This document shows positions 26,201 to 32,563 of a stretch of DNA of 37,645 nt, one piece after another. The DNA is from Terriglobales bacterium (GTDB lineage: Bacteria > Acidobacteriota > Terriglobia > Terriglobales > Acidobacteriaceae). The translations under genes were made by a program, and so were the position numbers. The notes beneath the pieces were generated by a model. The model was not told the DNA's origin, made no database searches, and was given only the letters and a program-made list of their open reading frames with translations. The stretch is from NCBI GenBank assembly GCA_030040855.1, contig JASHSL010000259.1:1-37645 (forward strand), written 5' to 3'. The first letter of the stretch is position 1. Every line of letters starts with the position of its first letter.

Positions 26201-26898
26201 AAACGCTTGCTCAGTACACGGCGCTCATGGTGATGAAGCATCGTTACGGAGAGCGTTCGATGAGGAGATTTCTCCGTTATGAATTAGACAATTATCTTCG
26301 CGGACGAGCGCAGGAGCGCAACCAGGAGCAACCGCTTTACAAAGTTGATGAGAACCAGGGTTACATTCACTATGGCAAGGGGGCGGTGGTCATGTACGCA
26401 CTGCAGGATTACATCGGCGAGGACAACGTCAACAAAGCGTTAGCCGAGTTCATCCAGGCGTATGCCTTCAAGGGACCGCCCTATGCCGTGTCCCTGGACT
26501 TGATTCGTTATCTGAAGCAGCACACACCCCCCGAGTATCAGTACCTGTACGATGATCTCTTCGAGAACATCACGCTGTACGACAACCGGACCCGTTCTGC
26601 CAGTTACGTCGGGCTGGCTGACGGCAAATATCAGGTGAATCTTGATATCGAAGCGAGAAAGCTCCGCGCCGACGGCAAAGGCGAGGAGCACACGGTTCCC
26701 ATGAACGACTGGATTGACATTGGCGTGCTAGACGCGCAAGGGAACTACCTCTATCTGCAAAAGCATAAGATCGAGAAGGAACGGACGGAACTGACTCTCA
26801 TGGTTGACAAACTCCCATCCAAGGCCGGTATCGACCCTCTGAACAAGCTGATCGACCGCAGCCCGGAGGGCAACGTTATCAACGTAGAGAAGAAGTAA
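23284..26898 (+). CDS. Fusion protein: internally duplicated ABC-2-type permease (13 TM-like segments) plus an M1-family zinc metallopeptidase domain
   Basis: Residues 1 to about 590 contain 13 hydrophobic segments. The two halves align with each other (TAPITKFDYLAGRFLAALAIQVVIF versus ALPVERWVLFSSKLAALMLVQVLIL). Residues from about 600 to 1204 carry an intact gluzincin motif, HEVGHQWWAHQVIGANVEGGTAIDETLAQY. A divergent GxMEN-equivalent is present (YGTFAES). Confidence 0.85.
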   Translation: MVLTIAGFECGQRLQRISTYVYLFVFCGLGYLFTLMSGGAVPGASVEFGTGGKVLLNSPFALDIIIAYVSFFGVVVTAAIAGQATFQDVDYRATDFFFTAPITKFDYLAGRFLAALAIQVVIFASVGLGAWIGTQMPWLDPTRLGPQRLAAYLHPYFTLVLPNLILLTAIFFALAALGKKMLPVYAGSVLLLIGYFVAQQLSSSVTASVPAALADPFGGNAMDRLTRYWTPFERNTQLIPLTGIMLWNRVLWLGVGGALLALTYAKFSFSYVAWRGKGRKPIAPEEEITPVSTPALPLPAREFCSGASLSQFLSLTRIQFSETVKNVFFLVLLLAGGLFAIFAANGVGNPFSTRTYPVTYNMLQLSSAGFFVFALAIITFYAGELVWRERDAGVNQIVDALPVERWVLFSSKLAALMLVQVLILLVTMLSGLIVQISHGYYRFQLGLYFTDLCGVRLIQFWVLCVLALLIHTLVNNKYLGHFVMVLYFIAIIALPNMGLENYLYRFGQAPPYTYSDMNGYGPFAAPLFWYHVYWAIAAVALAILTNLLWVRSTESSFPTRLKQAEGQLSGSAIAALAFCFVLFLGVGSYIFYNTNMLNSYRTTWRIDEDRAQYERKYRQYLTVPQPRITDVNTQIDLYPERGFADIRGTMMLENQTSAAIDRILLTIWPADLAPLPRGHIAIGKLALSSEQTVILQDDRLGFYIYQMPTALPPHGHIALDFVLKYENKGFVNSRPNTDIAANGTFLNSAYAPFVGYEAEIELTDDSTRHKHGLTQPKRMPPLEDAAARNNNGVSADADWINFEGTVSTAPDQSAILPGYLQKEWLENGRRYFQYKMDAPILAIVSVNSARYAIRRDRWRDVNLEIYYQPGHEFDLDRMMDSMKATLEYCSTNFSPFQFHQERIIEFPRYGTFAESFPNTIPYSEAIGFITYVDSKDPQAIDIPFYVTAHEVGHQWWAHQVIGANVEGGTAIDETLAQYTALMVMKHRYGERSMRRFLRYELDNYLRGRAQERNQEQPLYKVDENQGYIHYGKGAVVMYALQDYIGEDNVNKALAEFIQAYAFKGPPYAVSLDLIRYLKQHTPPEYQYLYDDLFENITLYDNRTRSASYVGLADGKYQVNLDIEARKLRADGKGEEHTVPMNDWIDIGVLDAQGNYLYLQKHKIEKERTELTLMVDKLPSKAGIDPLNKLIDRSPEGNVINVEKK

Positions 26899-27018
26899 AA
26901 AAGCTCTCTTGGCAAGATTGGCAAAATCGCCCGAGCAAGCGGACTTCAAACGAGGCTAGAGGAGCTCATTCAACAAAAGGGAGTCCAGACAGCGGCCAAC
27001 GCCCGCGCCCTGCGAAAC

Positions 27019-27035
27019 CGGGGGCGCTGCCCCCG
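27019..27035 (-). terminator. GC-rich hairpin between convergent genes (possible intrinsic terminator of the M1-like/TPR gene)
   Basis: CGGGGGC-GCT-GCCCCCG forms a perfect 7-bp stem. On the minus strand it starts 21 nt after the stop and is followed by GTTTCG, a weak U-tract. Confidence 0.35.
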
Positions 27036-27055
27036 CTCGACTCCATGGCCTGGGT

Positions 27056-29110
27056 TCAGTTTCCGGCTTCCGGTTTGTTCTTGGGCTGCTCGAAGGGCTT
27101 TTGCAGGTATCGCCGAGCTTCATCGAGCGCGCCCTGGGTGTTGTCGTTGGTCTGCAGGGCCTGACGGTACTCGTTGGTTGCGCGTTCGCGCTGTCCGGTG
27201 ATATCGAAGATCTTGCCCAGCTGGATGTGGCTCCACACTTCGGTCCAGCGGGGCTCGCCATCGCCGTTCAGCGCGTCACGGTAGGCATTGGCTGAAGCCT
27301 GATAATTCCTTTGCTGGAAAAATACCTCTGCGATGCGATAGTGGGCAAGTGAGCTGTTCTTGTTCACGTCGAGCGCTTTGTTGTACTCGGCGAGGGCACC
27401 CGCCAGATCTCCCTGCTGCACCAGAGCTTGTCCGCGCTGAATCGAGGCGCGCAGGCGGATATTGGGCGAATTCTTCAGCAGTGCGTTGTTCGGATCGAGC
27501 GATATGCGCCGCGGTTTGCCAAAGGTCTCGACGGTGAAAGCCGAATCCGTGCCCACCACCTCGATCCGCTTCTCTTCCGTTCTGCCGTCGGTATCAATTT
27601 TCAGCAACACCGGCATACGGAACAAGTCGAGATCCTGAGCAATCTGGCCGACGACGCGGAAGCCGGGGGTTTTTTCGGCGCCATTCTTGGGCGGTCCGAC
27701 ACCGCCCAAGCGGTACACCGTGTACTTCACCTTGAACTCGGGAGCTCCGGTCGAATCCAGCCACTGGGAAAAGAACCAGGTCAGCTTCTCGCCATAGTTC
27801 TGCTCGGCGATTTCGCGAAAATCGTCCGCCGAGGCGGGTTTGCCTGCATACTTTGCCGCGAAGGTGCGCATCGTCTGATCGAACTTCTGATCGCCTATCA
27901 CCCAGCGCAACATGTGCAGGATCATCCCTCCTTTATCCGTCACTAGGGTTTGGAACTCAGGCGAGAACCAGTCGAGCTTGCCGACGGTCGATAGCGGCAC
28001 CGTGTCATACGCCAGCGCTCCCACCGACATGTCCTTCACCGCTTCTTCCAGTCCGCTTTGTCCGGCAGCATTTTCGATGTATCTTGCTTCCGAATAGCGA
28101 GCGAAGCCGTCGCACAACCACCAGTCGTCCACCGAGGCGGGACTGACGGAAGCACCCCACCACTGGTGCGCGATGGTGTTTGCCAAAAGCCGGTAATTGA
28201 CCTTCTCGGTGATCGCCCGGCTGGCCATGCCTGCCAGTCCCGGAGCCCACACCGAGGGCACGGTGTCGTCGGGAATCTCGACCACCCTCAGCGTCGTAGA
28301 AGGCGCCGGGCCGTAGAGAGTGACGAAGTAGGTGAATTCCTTGATCGCGGTTTCCGCATATAACGCACCCAGGTTCTGGTGAATCGGCTTAAAGAAAACC
28401 TGGAGATCCACCCCCGCTTCATTGCTTTTGAATTGCTGGAAGGTCCCGGCAATGATGGTCCCCGGAAAGCTCGGCTTGCTCCACACAAACGTGAAGGTTT
28501 TGACCGAATCTGTCGGTGTCGTGGTCTTTAAAGCCGGAGTGCTGCTCTCGCTTTCCTCTCCGCTGCCAATCACGGTCATATGGGCCGGTACGGTAACGCT
28601 TATGGTGGCAGTAAAGCGGTTGGTGCCGTAGGCGACCACCGGGAACCAACGGCCGGGGTAGAGCAGGTAGCTGGTGTCGTCGCCCACATAGGCCAGCTTG
28701 AGCCCTTGTACTGGACTGTCATCGGCCGATTCAAGCGTCCCGTCATAGTCAAAGTTCAGGCTGCCAGACTCGTCTTTGTTGAGTGGCTTCAGCAACTGGA
28801 CGCGCACGGTCGAATCCTGGGTAATGCGCTCGGCGCTGAGGGGCTTGCCACTGTCATCGCTCACCTTGTTCAAGCGCAGATCATTGTTCAGTTGAAAAAT
28901 GGCGACATTGGTGCTCTCGAGCGCCGTGAACCTGACTTTGACATGAGCGGCGAGCTTGTGGATGTGGGGGGTAAGCTCAGCATTGATCTGATAATCGTCA
29001 ACCTGAAGGCGAACTTTCTCAGCAGCCCACGCCGGCAACGCCAACAGCAAAAGCAAAAATGCGAAATGACAGATAGGGACTCGGCGCGCGGGCCGAACTC
29101 GACCGAGCAT
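27056..29110 (-). CDS. Secreted M1-peptidase-like protein with a degenerate active site and C-terminal TPR repeats
   Basis: Signal peptide MLGRVRPARRVPICHFAFLLLLLALPAWA/AE begins at ATG 29110, with GGGGAG 11 nt upstream. The M1 fold signature LLANTIAHQWWGASVSPASVDDWWLCDGFARY has NTIAH in place of HEXXH and D in place of the distal E. The C-terminal 130 or so aa are TPR-like (GDLAGALAEYNKALDVNKNSSLAHYRIAEVFFQQRNYQASANAYRDAL). The track ORF to 29476 overlaps lpxB and is rejected. Confidence 0.8.
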   Translation of the reverse strand: MLGRVRPARRVPICHFAFLLLLLALPAWAAEKVRLQVDDYQINAELTPHIHKLAAHVKVRFTALESTNVAIFQLNNDLRLNKVSDDSGKPLSAERITQDSTVRVQLLKPLNKDESGSLNFDYDGTLESADDSPVQGLKLAYVGDDTSYLLYPGRWFPVVAYGTNRFTATISVTVPAHMTVIGSGEESESSTPALKTTTPTDSVKTFTFVWSKPSFPGTIIAGTFQQFKSNEAGVDLQVFFKPIHQNLGALYAETAIKEFTYFVTLYGPAPSTTLRVVEIPDDTVPSVWAPGLAGMASRAITEKVNYRLLANTIAHQWWGASVSPASVDDWWLCDGFARYSEARYIENAAGQSGLEEAVKDMSVGALAYDTVPLSTVGKLDWFSPEFQTLVTDKGGMILHMLRWVIGDQKFDQTMRTFAAKYAGKPASADDFREIAEQNYGEKLTWFFSQWLDSTGAPEFKVKYTVYRLGGVGPPKNGAEKTPGFRVVGQIAQDLDLFRMPVLLKIDTDGRTEEKRIEVVGTDSAFTVETFGKPRRISLDPNNALLKNSPNIRLRASIQRGQALVQQGDLAGALAEYNKALDVNKNSSLAHYRIAEVFFQQRNYQASANAYRDALNGDGEPRWTEVWSHIQLGKIFDITGQRERATNEYRQALQTNDNTQGALDEARRYLQKPFEQPKNKPEAGN

Positions 29111-29211
29111 CAAAACCGTATCTCCCCGAGGTTCTCTCACTATGATGAAGATTTTGGCCCAAAAGATGCTGGCCGCACAAGCCTGAATACTGAAAACGAA
29201 GAGCTCCCTGT

Positions 29212-30495
29212 CTAACGTCTCCGTTCCAGCCAAAGCCGGAGAATGGTCTCGGCGGCCCGCTCTGCAGGGGAGGCACCGCCGGGATTGGGCCCGCGCAGCG
29301 AGTCCCTGACCTGCGTCAGACCCTCGATCATCCCTGCCCGCACCGGGCCGTCGGCCAGGATGGTTTTCAGCTTGCCAACGACATTTGGGGCGGTGAAGTC
29401 CCGCTGCACCAGTTCGGGGACCACTTCTCTGCCTGCGATCAAGTTCACCATGGCCAGATAGGGGACTTTCACCCACGGGCGCCCCAAAGCATAGGTGAGC
29501 GAGCTGACCCGGTAAACCATGACAAATGGGGTTCCCACGATTGCGGCTTCGACGGTGGCAGTGCCGCTGGCAATGATGCCGCCGCGGGAGTAGGTTAAGG
29601 CAGGTAGACTGTCACTGACAAAGTGGATGGGCGGGCGGCTGCCAATCAGGTTTTCGAGCCACGACCGGCTGAGGGTCGGGGCAACCGGCAGCAGGAACTC
29701 GTATGCCGTACCCAGCTGAGAGGCCGCCTCGAGGATCGTAGGCAAGTTCATGCGCACTTCTTTCTCTCGACTGCCAGGCATGAGGGTGATCCAGGGCTTG
29801 TCGGGGTCGAGTCCGTGCTGGGCGGCATAACTGGCTCGCGTGCTTCCCGGCGGCGGCAGATTGGCCAGCGGATGGCCGATGAAGGTGGCATCCACCCCGC
29901 GATCGCGGTAGAAGCGTTCTTCGAACGGGAAAATCACCAGTGCCTTGGCAATATAGCGGCGCAGCAGCCGGACGCGCCCTTGCCTCCAGGCCCAGAATTG
30001 CGGACACACGTAGTAGACGACCGGAACGCCGCGCTTATGCATCTGGCGCGCCACCCTCCAATTGAAGGCTGGCGAATCGATGACCACGGCGACATCGGGC
30101 CGGCGACGGTCGGCTTCGGCAATGAGGCTGGCAAAGAGCCCGTAGATTTTCGGCAGATGGCTAAGGATTTCTGTGATGCCGACCACGGCAAGCTCGCGTG
30201 CGTCGACAACGGCGTCAAAACCGGCGGCTCGCATGCGGTCTCCGCCGACCCCAAAGAATTCGAGCCGCTCCCCGGGCTGGCTGTTTTCTCGGGAGCTCGA
30301 GGTCGGCACTAGGAAGCCACCGTCGGCAGCGGAGACGGGGCCGTTTCCACGGCAAAGCTTGCCGGCCATGTGGCGCAGCGCCGCGATCAGTTGCCCCCCG
30401 TACATTTCGCCGGAGGCTTCGCCGGCCGAGATCAGAATTCTCACACTAGTATTGTGACATTCCCCCTGGCGCCGGGGGCATGGCTCCATCTGCAA
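29212..30495 (-). CDS. lpxB: Lipid-A-disaccharide synthase
   Basis: ILISAGEASGEMYG, FFGVGGDRM, YYVCPQFWAWRQGR and FIGHPL motifs. The start is TTG 30495 (GGAGG 6 nt upstream), ATG 30489 or GTG 30444. I keep the SD-supported one. Confidence 0.88.
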   Translation of the reverse strand: MQMEPCPRRQGECHNTSVRILISAGEASGEMYGGQLIAALRHMAGKLCRGNGPVSAADGGFLVPTSSSRENSQPGERLEFFGVGGDRMRAAGFDAVVDARELAVVGITEILSHLPKIYGLFASLIAEADRRRPDVAVVIDSPAFNWRVARQMHKRGVPVVYYVCPQFWAWRQGRVRLLRRYIAKALVIFPFEERFYRDRGVDATFIGHPLANLPPPGSTRASYAAQHGLDPDKPWITLMPGSREKEVRMNLPTILEAASQLGTAYEFLLPVAPTLSRSWLENLIGSRPPIHFVSDSLPALTYSRGGIIASGTATVEAAIVGTPFVMVYRVSSLTYALGRPWVKVPYLAMVNLIAGREVVPELVQRDFTAPNVVGKLKTILADGPVRAGMIEGLTQVRDSLRGPNPGGASPAERAAETILRLWLERRR

Positions 30496-30597
30496 TGCCG
30501 GCCTCCCCCCAGGCGTGCTCTAGGGGGGAGCCTGCGGCGGGGTCCGAGGTCGTGGATCCGGCTCGGAGCTGTAAGCCTGGCCGAGAACAAGCTGAAA

Positions 30598-31455
30598 CTA
30601 GAGGCCGGCTTCGATACGAGACCGTGGATCCAAGTAATCTCGCAGCGCGTCGCCGATAAAGTTGAATGAGAGCACCGCCAGCATAACCGTGGCTGCAGGG
30701 AACAAAACCAGGTGGGGAGCATCGAACAGGTGAGCCCGGGCGTCGTTCAGCATGGTGCCCCAACTGGCGATGGGCGGAGGGACACCGAGGCCCAGGAAGC
30801 TCATGGTCGCCTCGGCGAGAATGGCCCCCGCCATCCCGATGGCTGCCTGGACAATCACCGGTTGGATGATGTTGGGCAGAATGTGACGGGCCAGGATCCG
30901 CAGGTCGCTTGCGCCGAGAGCGCGTGCGGCTTCGACATACTCTCGCTCCCGCGCCGAGAGCACCTGGGCTCGCACTAAACGGGCATAGCCGACCCAGCCG
31001 CCGAGCGAGAGCGCCAGCACCAGGTTGAAAATGCCCGGTCCGCGAAAGGTAACAAACGCGATCGCCAGAAGAATCCCGGGAAAAGAGAGAAAAGCGTTCA
31101 TCACCACCACGTTGACAATTCGGTCCACCCGGCCGCCGTAGTAGCCGGCAATCGATCCCACGATCAGCCCTAATCCCAGGGATGCGGCCACGACCGAGCT
31201 TCCGACGAGCATGGAAACGCGAGAACCGTAGATCAGGCGGGAACATATATCACGGCCGAGCTCATCGCTTCCGCACCAGTGTGTGGCCGAGGGCGGGGAA
31301 AGGCGCGAAGGCAAATCAATGGAGACCGGGTCGTAAGGCGCAATCCAGGAAGCGAACAGAGCGAAGCTCAAAAACATGACGACCAGCACCAAGCCCACCA
31401 CGGCCAAGGGATGATGCCGAACGGCACGCTGGATTGAGACGGGGGTGGTTTGCAC
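30598..31455 (-). CDS. ABC transporter permease, DppC/OppC family
   Basis: Six-TM BPD-type permease with an EAA-like loop (YVEAARALGASDLRILARHILPN). GTG start with AGGA 8 nt upstream. Confidence 0.85.
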   Translation of the reverse strand: MQTTPVSIQRAVRHHPLAVVGLVLVVMFLSFALFASWIAPYDPVSIDLPSRLSPPSATHWCGSDELGRDICSRLIYGSRVSMLVGSSVVAASLGLGLIVGSIAGYYGGRVDRIVNVVVMNAFLSFPGILLAIAFVTFRGPGIFNLVLALSLGGWVGYARLVRAQVLSAREREYVEAARALGASDLRILARHILPNIIQPVIVQAAIGMAGAILAEATMSFLGLGVPPPIASWGTMLNDARAHLFDAPHLVLFPAATVMLAVLSFNFIGDALRDYLDPRSRIEAGL

Positions 31456-31609
31456 GCGAGATTCCTAAGCCGCCACTACCATGTCTCCAGTCGATCGTTG
31501 CCCTTGCCATGCCTGACTACAAAATCCGCCGGTCGGAGCTGATCACCCCTGCTTGGTAGGAGCCCGCGGTTGAGCTCCATGCTTGTTGCCTTCCTGCCAG
31601 TCAATGTTC

Positions 31610-32527
31610 TCACTGACGAATTCTCGGATTCACCACCGAATAGAGTAGATCGGTTAGAAAATTCACGGCGACGTAGGTCAACCCAATGGCCAGGATACAG
31701 CCTGCGACCAAGTAGTAATCGCGATTGCCAATGGCCTGGATGGCCAAGCGCCCAATTCCAGGCCAGGCAAAGATCGTCTCAGTCACAATGGCGCCCGCGA
31801 GCAGGGCACCTAATTGCAGGCCCAGTACGGTCATCACAGGAATCATCGCATTACGCAGCGCATGGCGGTAGACGACGGCCCGTTCCGAGAGCCCCTTGGC
31901 GCGCGCGGTGCGAATGTAATCCTGGGTGAGCTCTTCGAGCATGGAGGTTCGGACCATGCGCGTTAGGATGGCGGCCAGAGCGCTACCCAGGGTGAGGGCG
32001 GGAAGCACCAGATGGGCGAAGGTGCCGGCCCCGGAGACGGGTAACAGGCGCAGTTTCAGCGCGAAAAGCAAGATTAAAATCGGCCCCAAGGCGAAATTGG
32101 GAAACGACAGTCCAAACAAACTCACCACGCTGAGCCATCGGTCATCCCAGCGATTGCGCCTTTGGGCAGAATGTACGCCCGAGGGAACGGCAAGCACGAC
32201 CGCGACCAGCAGGCTGGCGACGGTCAACTCCACGGTGTACGGGTACCGTGCCGCGATGAGTTTGCTTACGTTTTGGTTGAAGCGCAAGGAAGGCCCGAGA
32301 TCGCCCCGCAAGACGCCCCACCAATAGTGAAGATATTGCTTTCCGAGAGGGGCGTCGAGGCCGTAGGCGTGGCGGGCGGCTTCGAGATCGGCCGCCGGCG
32401 TTCCTTCGCCGAGCATCTGCAAGATGGGATCGCCCGGAACCAGGTGGATGAGCAGGAAGACGACGGAAACCACCAGCCAGACTACGGGAACGGCATAGAG
32501 CAGGCGGCGAGTGACGTAGCGAAACAC
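31610..32527 (-). CDS. ABC transporter permease, DppB/OppB family
   Basis: MFRYVTRRLLYAVPVVWLVVSVVFLLIHLVPGDP N-terminus and an EAA-like loop (YIRTARAKGLSERAVVYRHALRNA). Confidence 0.85.
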   Translation of the reverse strand: MFRYVTRRLLYAVPVVWLVVSVVFLLIHLVPGDPILQMLGEGTPAADLEAARHAYGLDAPLGKQYLHYWWGVLRGDLGPSLRFNQNVSKLIAARYPYTVELTVASLLVAVVLAVPSGVHSAQRRNRWDDRWLSVVSLFGLSFPNFALGPILILLFALKLRLLPVSGAGTFAHLVLPALTLGSALAAILTRMVRTSMLEELTQDYIRTARAKGLSERAVVYRHALRNAMIPVMTVLGLQLGALLAGAIVTETIFAWPGIGRLAIQAIGNRDYYLVAGCILAIGLTYVAVNFLTDLLYSVVNPRIRQ

Positions 32528-32563
32528 GGTTTTCCTTGTACGCCGATTTCTGCGGCCGGGTGT

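Noticed and set aside
29111-29476. N-terminal 122-aa extension of the 806-aa ORF 27056..29476
   Set aside because: It overlaps the lpxB 3' end and has Arg/Gly-rich nonsense-like composition. A canonical signal peptide with an upstream GGGGAG starts at ATG 29110.
31456-31609. 37-codon frame (MELNRGLLPSRGDQ...) in the dppB-dppC spacer
   Set aside because: No family resemblance, Arg/Gly-rich composition and a weak context. I kept it only as a structured-spacer note.
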